From: Nitrospirota bacterium
Lineage (GTDB): Bacteria > Nitrospirota > Nitrospiria > Nitrospirales > NS-4
Direction: 5' to 3'
DNA length: 64,000 nucleotides
Assembly (NCBI GenBank): GCA_963788195.1
Contig: CAWBGA010000005.1
Location: 64,001 to 128,000, forward strand
The notes below the pieces were generated by a model. That model worked only from the letters and a program-made list of their open reading frames with translations, did no database searches and was not told the DNA's origin. Shown piece after piece: positions 42,199 through 52,241 of this stretch; the stretch's first letter is position 1; every line of letters begins with the position of its first letter. The translations under genes and the position numbers were made by a program.

Positions 42199-42906
42199 GT
42201 GACCCGCAGCATTGCGACCCTCCTTCTCATCGCCCAAGTGGTAGCTCTCACCGCCTGTGCCCAGTCTGCCCACCAGAGTGGTCAAGCCTGGTTTGACAAG
42301 CTGGTTCCGGCCGACCTGCGCCAGCAGGTCGACCGGTCAGTGTCTTTTTCGGAGTTGCAGGCGCACCCCGAGCAATATGAGGGCAAAATCGTTATGCTCG
42401 GAGGCGCCGTGCTTTCTGCGAAACGGCTTCAGGACCGTACTGAGATCGAGATTTTGGAATTACCCCTCACTGAAGCACTTGTACCTATGGGGGATCGGAT
42501 GCGGTCGCAAGGCCGTTTTCTTGCTGTCAAGACGGAATTTCTTGATCCGGCCACGGTGCGCACGGGCTCGCTGATTACAGTAATTGGAAGAATGATGGGG
42601 GCCTTCGAGAGACCGCTGGACGAGACCATATACAGATACCCCACGGTTGATATTCTCCACCTGATCGACTGGGAGAAGAGGCAACTGCCTTATGGATACT
42701 CAAGGGGCGGACCCTATCCTTATCCCGGAAGTTATTATGGATTTTATGGAGGTTACCGCGGCTTTTACGATCCCTACTCGCCCTACTACGGCGGCTACTA
42801 CCCCTACGGCGGCTATTACCCCTATCCCTACTTCTTTGGCGGTTCAGTGACTCCCGCTCCTCCGAGCCCGCCGCCGGCGCAGGTTCCTCCGCAGTTCAAG
42901 AAATAG
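42199..42906 (+). CDS. Slp-family outer-membrane lipoprotein
   Basis: LTAC lipobox, GKIVMLGG, IEILELPL, GRFLA..FLDPA, Tyr/Gly/Pro tail. Confidence 0.85.
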   Translation: MTRSIATLLLIAQVVALTACAQSAHQSGQAWFDKLVPADLRQQVDRSVSFSELQAHPEQYEGKIVMLGGAVLSAKRLQDRTEIEILELPLTEALVPMGDRMRSQGRFLAVKTEFLDPATVRTGSLITVIGRMMGAFERPLDETIYRYPTVDILHLIDWEKRQLPYGYSRGGPYPYPGSYYGFYGGYRGFYDPYSPYYGGYYPYGGYYPYPYFFGGSVTPAPPSPPPAQVPPQFKK

Positions 42907-43071
42907 GTTCTTCGTATCCATCGTAGTCGGCGCATTTTTCAAGGTTCAACTGGAAGAATTCCCCTCGACTGTGCTACATCACCGGCGTCGCATTGCCGGT
43001 AAACCTCAAGGTCGGCTTGGTGAAGGCCATAGCTGACGCGGCTGAGGCGCGTGTGAAGCTTAAAAATCTAA

Positions 43072-43951
43072 TTGTTTGGCTGGATCATTGTTGAGTTTAC
43101 GAATCCTTTGAGATTCGCATGGCGTCTCTTAAGCAGGACGATCTCCAAGTTCATTAGGGACAACGGGTCTTTTCTTGCCGCCGGTCTTGCCTTTAATCTC
43201 CTGCTCTATTCCGTGCCCTTTCTGCTGCTGGTAATTTCCGTCCTGGCCTTCACGCTCGGAAGTTCCGAACGTGCTCTGCTCGATGTGCAACAAAGCGCCA
43301 AACAGCTTCTACCGGCGGCGAACGAGGCCGTGGTGAATACGCTTTCGAGGATCATTGACAATCGCAACCTGCTGGGCCTGGTTGCAGTACCCCTGTTTCT
43401 TGTGCTGAGCTCCGTGCTGTTCGGCGCCATTCGGCTGGTGCTCAATGTCGTATTCAAAGCGTCCGAAAACCCATCGTATATAAAACAGAAGCTGTCTGAT
43501 CTGATCTTGATAATCGTGGTCGCCTGCCTGGTGATTCTCAGCGTCGGGGCGGGCTCGTTACTCGCGATTTTGCAGGCGCTTGGGGAGAGCGTTCCCCTCA
43601 TTGGCGATTTTCTCAAGCCCGGATGGATCGTGGTTACACACGCGCTTGTCTTCTTCTTTACGGCCGCTCTCTTTTATACCCTTTACCGTTTTTCTCCCGA
43701 TGAAACCATCAGCCGCAGAGCTCTCGTCGTGTCCGCTCTCACAGGCGCGGCCATGTTTTCGTTGTCCAAGTGGGCATTCTCTTGGTATGTGGAGTTAGCC
43801 AAAGCGAGCACGCTCATTTATGACGCGCTGGCGGGAATCGTCTTTTATAACCTATGGCTTTATTATACGTCTGATCGTGTTTATCATCGGCGCGGAGGTC
43901 GGATGGGTCTTTGATCGCGAACGCCGTCGGCGCCACGATCATGACGCTTAG
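43072..43951 (+). CDS. YihY/virulence factor BrkB family, frameshifted near 43870
   Basis: LAAGLAF, multiple TMs, LWLYY then IFIIGAE-like motif (VFIIGAE) in the shifted frame. Confidence 0.8.
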
Positions 43952-43998
43952 AAAATATTCCCCGGGCGAGGTCGCCCGGGGAACAGGAAAAGTCTCGT

Positions 43999-44316
43999 TC
44001 AGCCCTTCTGTGGTCCTCTGTTAAATGTTCTTTCGGCTTGGCGTCCCAATTGTTCGCCGGCCTCTCTGGCTTTGCCTTGAGCGCCTTCGAGGTATTCCTT
44101 TCCGCGGTCAATTCCAGCCTGGAGGTATTCCTTGCCGCTTTCGATCGCTGTGCCCATCTGATCCTTCGCCTTCTCGGCATAATCAGTCAGCCACTGGCGA
44201 GTCTCGGCACCGGAGCGCGGCGCGAGCAACATCGCAACACCAGCGCCGATAAGCGCACCGGCGAGAAAGGCAAAAACGGACGCCGAAGATTCGTTGGACT
44301 TGTCATACTCGTACAT
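43999..44316 (-). CDS. YtxH-domain protein
   Basis: FLAGALIGAGVAMLLAPRSGAETR; AGGAGG RBS. Confidence 0.85.
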   Translation of the reverse strand: MYEYDKSNESSASVFAFLAGALIGAGVAMLLAPRSGAETRQWLTDYAEKAKDQMGTAIESGKEYLQAGIDRGKEYLEGAQGKAREAGEQLGRQAERTFNRGPQKG

Positions 44317-44345
44317 AACAGCTCCTCCTTGGTTTTGATCTGCTT

Positions 44346-44639
44346 TCATCGCATGGATCCTAGGTTTCTCGTCGGTTCCAGCACCTCTTCAACCGTTGTT
44401 TCAATATAGTGCTTTCCTCGTTGCACCATCTCCTCAACATACGTTTTTCCTGTTTCAAGCGCTGTCTCAATAATATCGTCAATGGCTGACGATGCGTAAT
44501 CTTTTAGTGAGGCCCGCAAATCCGAACCCGCACGAGGTGTTAACAGCACGCCGGCTACGACACCCACCATGACACCCGCGACAAAAGCGGCAGTCGCGGA
44601 ACGTTCGCTCCCCTCCATCATAAGACACACCTCCTTCAT
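44346..44639 (-). CDS. YtxH-like protein, tandem paralog
   Basis: FVAGVMVGVVAGVLLTPRAGSDLR. Confidence 0.75.
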   Translation of the reverse strand: MKEVCLMMEGSERSATAAFVAGVMVGVVAGVLLTPRAGSDLRASLKDYASSAIDDIIETALETGKTYVEEMVQRGKHYIETTVEEVLEPTRNLGSMR

Positions 44640-45014
44640 TCGAGTCAGATGTTAGCTTCTAACAAGTCATTAGTACCAACAATAGACAAATTCCTCAAAA
44701 GAAACCCGAAATGTCTAACCTCTCATCATCCGTGCTATTTTACCGTTGAGCCTCTATCCCACTGGCCGGCTTTTCCGATTGCCCGGCCGATAGCCTAGCC
44801 GACCCACGATGCCAGGTTTGCAGCCCAAGACCACAAGGAAGGTCGAGAGAAGAAAAGGAACCGAAAGAGCGCCGGTTGCCGGGACGGGCAGAGTTCCGGA
44901 TATCCAATCTTGGAGGCATGCATTCGACACCGGTGTAGCGGTTTGCTCCGCAGACACATATAGTACTCCCGTAGGTAACCCAAAGACTCTAACAGATGAC
45001 GTACAATTGGGCAC

Positions 45015-45400
45015 CCAGGGGAGAAGAAGTCTGTCTTGGCAGACTTCAGGGCGGGCGGGAGAAATAGCTCGGAAGAGCTCGGGGGCAAAAGAGAGGCTGC
45101 CCGGCGGCCTCAAATGGTGGGTGCAAAAGGGAAAAGAAGTCTGTCTTGGCAGATTTCAGGGCTTGGGTGGGTGTAAGTAGGGAGGGACGATTTGTCCGGG
45201 GCCGAAGATTCCAGGGCGCCGTTGCCTTTCATGGGTGAGATTCCAGGGCGAGCTGTATGGCATGTGACAGATACAAATCAGAGGAAGAGAAGACTATCCC
45301 GGCGGCCTTAAATAATCATCAGGCCCATGGGCAAGGCGACTCGTCCTGGCGAGTTCGGGGGTGGGCTGGGTGTAGGGGCGAGCAAGCCGGGCGGGTGAAA
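45015..45400 (+). repeat. Modular hairpin repeat cluster (2x A, degenerate C, B with A inserted)
   Basis: GAAGTCTG-TCTTGG-CAGACTTC at 45026 and a variant at 45136; module B at ~45293 with inserted GACTCG-TCCTGG-CGAGTT. Confidence 0.9.
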
Positions 45401-45414
45401 AGGAAAGAATAGGG

Positions 45415-46041
45415 ATGGGTGTTTGCATCCAAAGGAAGATTTTTTTGCTCTCACCGGCATTGATGAACGGGGTCCGGGCAAAACAGCTCATGTCCCCCCG
45501 AGCCAGATTCACGGCTGCCGAATCCTTTCGATCGGCAGAGGGTGTCGCAATCGCGGACGCCTTTTCCTTCATGAGCTGTTTGTACTTCCGGGGAAAGATT
45601 GCTTACGCGAAGCAGTTCGCCTCTCCTCCACTGGGTTGGACCGGCTCGGGCACGTACATCATTACGCCTGGATTTGGGCTGGTGCCTCCGGACTGGAATC
45701 TGAATGCCGCACGGATGCGGCGACTCCAGCAGACGCCGGTGGATCCGAAGAGCCGCGCCTATCGCGAGCCGCTCGAAGACCATTCGCTAGCGCTGGCTGA
45801 AAGGATCGGTCAGCTGGACCGAGAAGCTAGGGTGGTGCTGTTGGGAAGCATCGCCACAGGAAAGTATATCGATCTTCTCTGGCCGATCTTTCAAGAACGG
45901 CTGCTCTACCCCCGATCGTTCGCCGGTATCGGCGATATGAGCCGCGGCGCCCTGATGCTACGCGCCGCCAGAAGCGGAGAGGAGTTGGACTATGATCCGG
46001 TCGAAGCCGTCCTGTTCAAAGATTCCCGCAAGGCGTTATGA
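45415..46041 (+). CDS. Hypothetical protein coupled to LigD-Pol, possibly YaaA/DUF6884-like
   Basis: IFLLSPA, LYFRGK, YIITPGFGLV; ATGA overlap with the next gene. Confidence 0.6.
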   Translation: MGVCIQRKIFLLSPALMNGVRAKQLMSPRARFTAAESFRSAEGVAIADAFSFMSCLYFRGKIAYAKQFASPPLGWTGSGTYIITPGFGLVPPDWNLNAARMRRLQQTPVDPKSRAYREPLEDHSLALAERIGQLDREARVVLLGSIATGKYIDLLWPIFQERLLYPRSFAGIGDMSRGALMLRAARSGEELDYDPVEAVLFKDSRKAL

Positions 46042-47015
46042 ATAAGCTTCGCGTGCCGACTGATCGAGATAATGCAACCATCGAGGTCGCGGGACGCACT
46101 GTTCATCTGACTAATCTTCGAAAGCCTTTCTGGAAGACATTGCAATTGACCAAGGGCGATCTCATCCAGTACTACGCCGATGTAGCGCGTTGGCTTCTCC
46201 CGCATCTCGCTGACCGTCCGATGGTGATGAAACGATACCCGAACGGCGCTGAAGGGGAGTTCTTTTACATGAAGCGGGCACCCGTACCGCGCCCCGACTG
46301 GATCCGGATCTGCTCGATTCCGCATAAGTCGTCGAACGTCATTGACTTCCCACTCGTGCAGGACCTGCCCGCGCTGCTGTGGATGGTGAACCTTGGCTGC
46401 ATCGATCTCCATCCATGGTATGGCCGCTGTGATGATTGGGACCGACCTGATTTTCTTCACTTCGATCTGGATCCCGTGGAGGGTGCGGATTTTCGGGGCA
46501 TCTGCGAAGTGGCCTTACACGTGAGAGACATGCTGGACGGTTTGCGTATGCCGAACTACCCCAAGACGACCGGCTCGCGCGGCATTCATGTGTATGTCCC
46601 GATCAGGCGTGGCCCTGTGCAAAAGGAGGTCTGGGGAGTCGCAAAAGCTTTGGCATTCGACCTTGCCGCGCGCTTTCCGAAAATTATCACGGCGGAGTAC
46701 CGCGTGGCGAAGCGCCCGCATGGGCGCGTCCTCGTCGACTATAATCAGAATGCGTGGGGGCAAACACTGGCGTCGATCTACTCCGTGCGTCCTACATCGG
46801 CGGCGACGGTATCTACCCCCATCTCCTGGGAAGAGGTACAACACGGCGTCACAATCGAAGAGTTTCGACTCGAAAACATTCGTGCGCGCTTGAACGAGCG
46901 AGGCGATCTATGGAGGCCGTTGCTGGGCTCAGAGCGCTATGACCTGGGTCCTGTGGTAACCGCTCTCAAAGTCAGCCGCCCTCGCAGCGCAAAACGGCAG
47001 TCTTCGGCGGCGTGA
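46038..47015 (+). CDS. ligD: LigD polymerase domain (NHEJ primase-polymerase), stand-alone
   Basis: TKGDLIQYY, KRYPNG, FDLDP, KTTGSRGIHV, VDYNQN, YSVRP. Confidence 0.88.
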   Translation: MNKLRVPTDRDNATIEVAGRTVHLTNLRKPFWKTLQLTKGDLIQYYADVARWLLPHLADRPMVMKRYPNGAEGEFFYMKRAPVPRPDWIRICSIPHKSSNVIDFPLVQDLPALLWMVNLGCIDLHPWYGRCDDWDRPDFLHFDLDPVEGADFRGICEVALHVRDMLDGLRMPNYPKTTGSRGIHVYVPIRRGPVQKEVWGVAKALAFDLAARFPKIITAEYRVAKRPHGRVLVDYNQNAWGQTLASIYSVRPTSAATVSTPISWEEVQHGVTIEEFRLENIRARLNERGDLWRPLLGSERYDLGPVVTALKVSRPRSAKRQSSAA

Positions 47016-47034
47016 CGCGATAGGATCTGCGGCG

Positions 47035-47445
47035 ATGAAGAGAATACAGATCGTTATGCTCGGCGCTCTGCTAGGGCTCGCACAGCAGCTTTCTGCCGGG
47101 AAAGGAGAGGAAGTCGTACTCATACCGGACGCAGATGGGGTACAGCGTGTCACAATGATGGCCGACAATTATTTTTATAAACCTGATCGCCTCGTGGTTC
47201 GGCTGGGGAGCCCCGTCGAGGTCACCTTGGTAAGCCAGACGGTTCTGACGCCGCATAATTTTGTGATCAAAGAACCGGCTGCGGGTATCGACATCAATCA
47301 CAATGTCCCTGCGGGTGAGACCGTTAAGGTCCGCTTCACACCGACGCAGGCGGGTGTCTATGCTTTTTACTGTGACAAGAAGCTCTTGTTCTTCAAGAGC
47401 CACCGCGAAAAAGGCATGGAAGGTTCCTTGAAGGTGCAGCAGTAA
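47035..47445 (+). CDS. Cupredoxin-domain secreted protein
   Basis: PHNF, YAFYC...SHREKGMEG type-1 copper ligands. Confidence 0.8.
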   Translation: MKRIQIVMLGALLGLAQQLSAGKGEEVVLIPDADGVQRVTMMADNYFYKPDRLVVRLGSPVEVTLVSQTVLTPHNFVIKEPAAGIDINHNVPAGETVKVRFTPTQAGVYAFYCDKKLLFFKSHREKGMEGSLKVQQ

Positions 47446-47511
47446 CACTTAAGCTAACGCTCAAATCTAAAGGATACTTGGGTTTACTACTTCCCTCCCA
47501 TAAAATGTCCG

Positions 47512-48531
47512 ATGAAAAACTTCAGAGTTGTTATTTTAATCGTCATCGCCGTGCTTGCCACGGCGGTTGGAATGGTCCGCGCCGATGAAGTCATCCTGAA
47601 GAACGGCGACCGCCTGTCAGGCAGCATCGTCAAAATGGGCGAAGGAAGCTTGGTATTGAAAACCTCCTACGCCGGAGAGATAAAGATCGATTGGAAAGAA
47701 GTCCAGGGCTTCACTTCTGCGGCCCCTGCGAAGGTGCAGACCCTGGACGGCTCAATTCTTACGGGCGTTGTGACATCGCCGTCACCGGAGCGCATTGTCG
47801 TCACGGGTGATCAATTCGGGCCGACCATGGAGATTCCATTGACGAGCATTCAGGCGATCAATCCCCCGCCGATGGTCAGGCACAGCGGAGCATTCAACCT
47901 GGGTGGCGTCATAGCGAAAGGTAATTCGGATTCCAAGGCGATCAACGCTTCCCTGCTCTATTCTCTCCGTGCCGACAGGCATCGCTTCGGAATAGAGGGG
48001 AAATACAATTATGGCGAACAAGACGGAACGATTAATGTGCGCAACTACCTCGGCCAACTGACATACGATTTTTTTATTACCAAGCGCGTCTTTTGGGATA
48101 TTTTTGCATTATTTGAACAGGACACCTTGCAGGACCTAAACCTGCGCAGCACTTTCGGAACAGGCCCCGGCTACCAATTTATCGACACTCAACGGACCCA
48201 GCTGTCGGGAACCGTTGGCGTGGCTTTTGTCAACGAAGATTGGCGAACGAGAGAAGATACCAATACTGCAGCGGGCCGCTGGGGCGTGAAATTCAAGACG
48301 GCCCTGATCCCTGACCGCCTCATTTTGTTCCACCGCCAGGAGGGCTTCTACGATTTTGATGCGCCGAACGCATGGCGGTTGCGGGCCGACCAGGGTTTTC
48401 AAGTCCCGGTGTACAAGGGATTTGCCGTAAACCTGGAATACGACTTGCGGTACAACAGTAATCCGGCGCCCAGCAGAAAGCAGACCGATCATCTGTTTAT
48501 CGTCGGTGTCAGCTACCTCTTGCCTGAGTGA
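47512..48531 (+). CDS. DUF481 outer-membrane beta-barrel
   Basis: DEVILKNGDRLSG, KGNSD, GPGYQF, terminal VGVSY. Confidence 0.8.
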   Translation: MKNFRVVILIVIAVLATAVGMVRADEVILKNGDRLSGSIVKMGEGSLVLKTSYAGEIKIDWKEVQGFTSAAPAKVQTLDGSILTGVVTSPSPERIVVTGDQFGPTMEIPLTSIQAINPPPMVRHSGAFNLGGVIAKGNSDSKAINASLLYSLRADRHRFGIEGKYNYGEQDGTINVRNYLGQLTYDFFITKRVFWDIFALFEQDTLQDLNLRSTFGTGPGYQFIDTQRTQLSGTVGVAFVNEDWRTREDTNTAAGRWGVKFKTALIPDRLILFHRQEGFYDFDAPNAWRLRADQGFQVPVYKGFAVNLEYDLRYNSNPAPSRKQTDHLFIVGVSYLLPE

Positions 48532-49906
48532 CGATCAGTGGCACCGACTCCCACCGCAGCGCGCCGTCGCGACTCCGGTAAAGGCCGGTGCCGTTCGTTC
48601 CAGCATAGATCGTGCTCGGGTTCGAAGGACTGACCGCCAAGGATCGGATGTTCAAGCTCCCGAGACCGTCGTTGTGAACGTTCCAAGTGGTGCCGTGATC
48701 GGTACTCTTATAGATCCCCTTGCGGCCGGCCGCATAGAGTACGCCGCCAGGATCCACAGCAAGTGCGATGATCATCTGATCGGCGAGGCTCTGAGCGATC
48801 CGGGACCATGACCGGGCGCCATCAGTGGTCTTATACAGGCCAGCGAGGGTCGCCGCGTAAATGGTGGCCGGTCGTAGCGACGTGGCGGGATCGATGACGA
48901 CCGAATTTACCATGAGCGCGCGCGAAGAAGACAACAGGTCGGGAGAAATGAGTCCCAGGTTGGCCTTCTCCCAGCGTCGACCCATGTCCACAGACTTGTA
49001 TACCCCCCCGCTTGTGCCGGCATACATTACCTGTGGGGACACCGGGTCGATAGCAACGGTGACCACCATCAAGATGTCTGTCATGCCCTCCATACGTTTC
49101 TTCCAGACGTCGCCCCCGTCGGATGATTCAAAAATCCCCATGCTTGTTGCCGCAAATAGGTGATCGTCGCTGAGGGGATCGAACACTAATTGATTCACGA
49201 CTGATGTTATTGTTACGTCTTCGAGACCGTTGTTTTTTCCCACCCAGCGTTGGCCCCCGTCATAGCTTTTGTAGACGGCATCGCCCTTCGTGCCCGCGTA
49301 GACGATCGCTGGAGAAGTTGGGTCGATCGCGATCGAGATTACGCGCGAATGGCTCATGCCGCCTGTAATCTTTTCCCAGGTTTCCCCTTCATCGCGCGTC
49401 TTATAGACATATTCGTTTGTGGCGATGTAGAGAATGTCCGGCTTGGCGGGATGCGGCGCGATGACGACAATGGCGTCATCGCGTGAGCCGCACGCGGCGA
49501 TCAGAAACGCGAAGACAAGGCCTGCCGTGATAGCCCAGGGGCGAAGGAATCTGTCCCACGGGACAAGGCGCTGTCTTGGCAGCGCCGGGGTGGGTGGGTG
49601 TGAATGAGATGAAGGAACAGGAGAAGAAACTATCCCGGCGGCCTTAAATAATCTCAGGCCTTCGGGTCGAGCAAGCTTTGCTTGGCGGGCGGGTGTAAGG
49701 GGAAAAGGACTTTGTCCGGGGCACCCCTTGCCTTCACTTGCAAGGGGTCGAGTAGTCCAGGGTGGGCCGGGTGTAAGGGGAAAAGGACTTTGTCCGGGGC
49801 ACCCCTTGCCTTCACTTGCAAGGGGTCGAGTAGTCCAGGGTGGGCCGGGTGTAATGGGTATCGGAGAAATTCTGATTCCGGACGGGCCCCCGTGGCGTTG
49901 TCTCAT
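48509..49906 (-). CDS. BNR/VPS10-type beta-propeller lipoprotein with repeat-derived N-terminal insertion
   Basis: Seven SxDGGxxW-type repeats; IAAC lipobox; nearest in-frame ATG lies upstream of the repeat block. Confidence 0.75.
   Translation of the reverse strand: MRQRHGGPSGIRISPIPITPGPPWTTRPLASEGKGCPGQSPFPLTPGPPWTTRPLASEGKGCPGQSPFPLTPARQAKLARPEGLRLFKAAGIVSSPVPSSHSHPPTPALPRQRLVPWDRFLRPWAITAGLVFAFLIAACGSRDDAIVVIAPHPAKPDILYIATNEYVYKTRDEGETWEKITGGMSHSRVISIAIDPTSPAIVYAGTKGDAVYKSYDGGQRWVGKNNGLEDVTITSVVNQLVFDPLSDDHLFAATSMGIFESSDGGDVWKKRMEGMTDILMVVTVAIDPVSPQVMYAGTSGGVYKSVDMGRRWEKANLGLISPDLLSSSRALMVNSVVIDPATSLRPATIYAATLAGLYKTTDGARSWSRIAQSLADQMIIALAVDPGGVLYAAGRKGIYKSTDHGTTWNVHNDGLGSLNIRSLAVSPSNPSTIYAGTNGTGLYRSRDGALRWESVPLIVTQARGS
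49546..49858 (+). repeat. Modular hairpin repeat cluster (A, B, two tandem 78-bp C units) inside the CDS
   Basis: GGCGCTG-TCTTGG-CAGCGCC; module B; exact 78-bp tandem unit from 49691. Confidence 0.92.
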
Positions 49907-50005
49907 CGGAAAGAGTGTAGCACCTTGGCATCCAAAGATCCGCGTCATCACCGTCGAGCAACCGGCTAAGCCACGTGGTGTCAAGCTTGCGCCCATCTCT
50001 GCCCC

Positions 50006-51115
50006 GTGAGTATGATGAAGGTGGTATCCATGTCACGATCCTTCACCCTTGTCGGTCTCGCGGTCATGAGCATTCTCGCGCTTGCGCCGGGAAATCCGGA
50101 GGCCGATGACAGCATTCTGGCTACTGTGGGCGACCGCGCGGTCACGGCGCGTGAGATCGAGCAGAGCTTGGTCATACCCCTGTTCGATCTTGAAATGGAG
50201 AGGTACCGCCTGGTCCGCAGACGTCTCGATCAGAAGATCGCCGACGAGCTTCTTGCGAATGCAGCGGCTGCCGCAGGAAAATCCGTGTCCGTCTATGTGA
50301 CGGAGCAAATCCAACCACTCTTAGCAACCGTGTCCGACGAAGACGTTGAAGCCCGGTATCGGCAGGTCCGTGAGCAGGCGCGAAATGAGCCGGCCGTGGA
50401 TGCGCGCAACACATCAGAAGCCGATACGCCGGAACTTGTCAGACAGCAGATCCGGAATGTGCTCCTGCGAGAACGCGCGACTCAGGGGCTGCACCGCCTG
50501 CTTCAGCGCTTATCGGCGGAGGCGAAGGTCTCGATGGAACTTCGCCCGCCAGATCCGCCTATGATCCAGCTTTCCGAGGGGAACGATCCGTCGCTCGGGC
50601 CGGTGTCTGCAGCTGTCACGATCGTCGAATATGCAGACTTCGAATGTCCCGCTTGCAGGGAGAGCGTTGCAGTTCTCAAACAACTTACAAATCTGTACCC
50701 CGGCCAGGTCCGCCTGGTACATCGCGACCTTCCGCTGCCTGCGCATCCTGGAGCCCAACCTGCCGCCGAGGCGGCGCACTGCGCCTACGAGCAGGGAGAA
50801 TTTTGGGCCTATCATGACGCCCTCTTCTCACATGCACCGCCGGTTGACCACTTGAAACTCGCGAAAGATCTCCAACTCGATACAAAGGCCTTTCACAGTT
50901 GCCTGTCGAGCGGCCGCCCGCAAGCGGCCGTGTCGAAGGACATTCAGGAGGCTCGGCGATTGGGAATCAGCGGGACGCCGACATTTTTCGTCAACGGTCG
51001 CTACTTGAGCGGGTTTCAAACCTTGGAGGCCCTGCGAGCGGCCGTGGACCGGGAGCTCATCAGCCCTGCTGCACTCATGAGAACGCCGCTTCGAGAGGAT
51101 GCCATCCCACAATGA
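50006..51115 (+). CDS. DsbA-family thioredoxin with SurA-like N-terminal domain
   Basis: YADFECPAC, GISGTPTFFVNG. Confidence 0.85.
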   Translation: MSMMKVVSMSRSFTLVGLAVMSILALAPGNPEADDSILATVGDRAVTAREIEQSLVIPLFDLEMERYRLVRRRLDQKIADELLANAAAAAGKSVSVYVTEQIQPLLATVSDEDVEARYRQVREQARNEPAVDARNTSEADTPELVRQQIRNVLLRERATQGLHRLLQRLSAEAKVSMELRPPDPPMIQLSEGNDPSLGPVSAAVTIVEYADFECPACRESVAVLKQLTNLYPGQVRLVHRDLPLPAHPGAQPAAEAAHCAYEQGEFWAYHDALFSHAPPVDHLKLAKDLQLDTKAFHSCLSSGRPQAAVSKDIQEARRLGISGTPTFFVNGRYLSGFQTLEALRAAVDRELISPAALMRTPLREDAIPQ

Positions 51116-51666
51116 GTCTTGCGCGACAGATCACCACCTGCATGCTCCCAACGCTTGTCTCCATGGCTTTGGCGTGGCAAGCGCATGCCGGCGCTGCGTA
51201 TCCTAGCGTCGCGCTGCTCGATCCGGTCAGCGAGAAAGGCGCGGTGGGCCTGTTCAATAAAATCGTCACCGCCCGCGGTGCCGAAATCGATCCGGCGCAG
51301 GCGGGCTATCATATGATTCGCGCCACCGGGGCGACCACGACATTTCCCCCGGACACTCCCGAGATCTATGTCGTGATGGAGTTGAAACAGTCCGCGTTCG
51401 ACATGTTTGAGTTGCTCGCGCGTTTCATTCTGGAAGATCCGGATGGTAAGCCTGTCGGGAGGCTTCTACATATCGACCGCGCGCATTTTGAGTTTTCGGA
51501 CACCGGAGGATACGTGATGATGAAACAGCCGGCGGGCGGCTTTCCGGTCGGGAACTATCGCGTGGAGATTCATTACGGCGAGCAAGTCAACGACATTAGT
51601 CTTCTGACCCTGGTACGATTTAAGGTGCTTCCGGGCGAAGCCACGACCACGACACCTCCTCGGTAG
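51112..51666 (+). CDS. Hypothetical secreted protein
   Basis: Signal peptide ending AHA; FPPDTPEIY, GFPVGNYRVEI Ig-like pattern; ATGA overlap. Confidence 0.65.
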   Translation: MSLARQITTCMLPTLVSMALAWQAHAGAAYPSVALLDPVSEKGAVGLFNKIVTARGAEIDPAQAGYHMIRATGATTTFPPDTPEIYVVMELKQSAFDMFELLARFILEDPDGKPVGRLLHIDRAHFEFSDTGGYVMMKQPAGGFPVGNYRVEIHYGEQVNDISLLTLVRFKVLPGEATTTTPPR

Positions 51667-51671
51667 CGCGC

Positions 51672-52151
51672 ATGGGATCCTCTATGACCGGACAAGACAT
51701 GACGGTGAGGCCGGCGCGTGTGTCTGATCTTGAGACGTTGGTCCGGTTCAGCGCCGCAATGGCTGAAGAGACGGAAGGCCGAACACTGGATCTGGAACGT
51801 CTTCGCCAAGGCACGGCCGCGGTGTTGGCGTCATCGGAGCACGGGTATTATCTGGTGGCGGAAATGACGTCGCAGGTCATTGCGCAATTATTGCTCACCT
51901 ATGAATGGAGCGACTGGCGAAACGGTGTGTTCTGGTGGATTCAGAGCGTGTATGTTGAGCCGACCATGCGGAGGCGCGGGGTCTACCGAACGATGCATGA
52001 GTATGTATTGCGGGATGCGCACCGTCGCGCGGATGTCTGCGGCATCCGCCTGTATGTCGCCAAGAACAATGGGGAGGCTCAAGCGGCGTACGTCCGATCA
52101 GGAATGGGCCTGACCTCATATCAGGTGTACGAGCAGGATTTTATCTTGTAA
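51672..52151 (+). CDS. GNAT N-acetyltransferase
   Basis: TYEWSDWRNG, QSVYV..RRRGV, RLYV..NN. Confidence 0.88.
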   Translation: MGSSMTGQDMTVRPARVSDLETLVRFSAAMAEETEGRTLDLERLRQGTAAVLASSEHGYYLVAEMTSQVIAQLLLTYEWSDWRNGVFWWIQSVYVEPTMRRRGVYRTMHEYVLRDAHRRADVCGIRLYVAKNNGEAQAAYVRSGMGLTSYQVYEQDFIL

Positions 52152-52241
52152 ACCTTGCCGGCATTCGGCAGAGAATAGATGGACGCAATCTTGACTTTGA
52201 AGGCACGTTACGATAGATAGCGAGTACTTCCTGTCTTTTCT

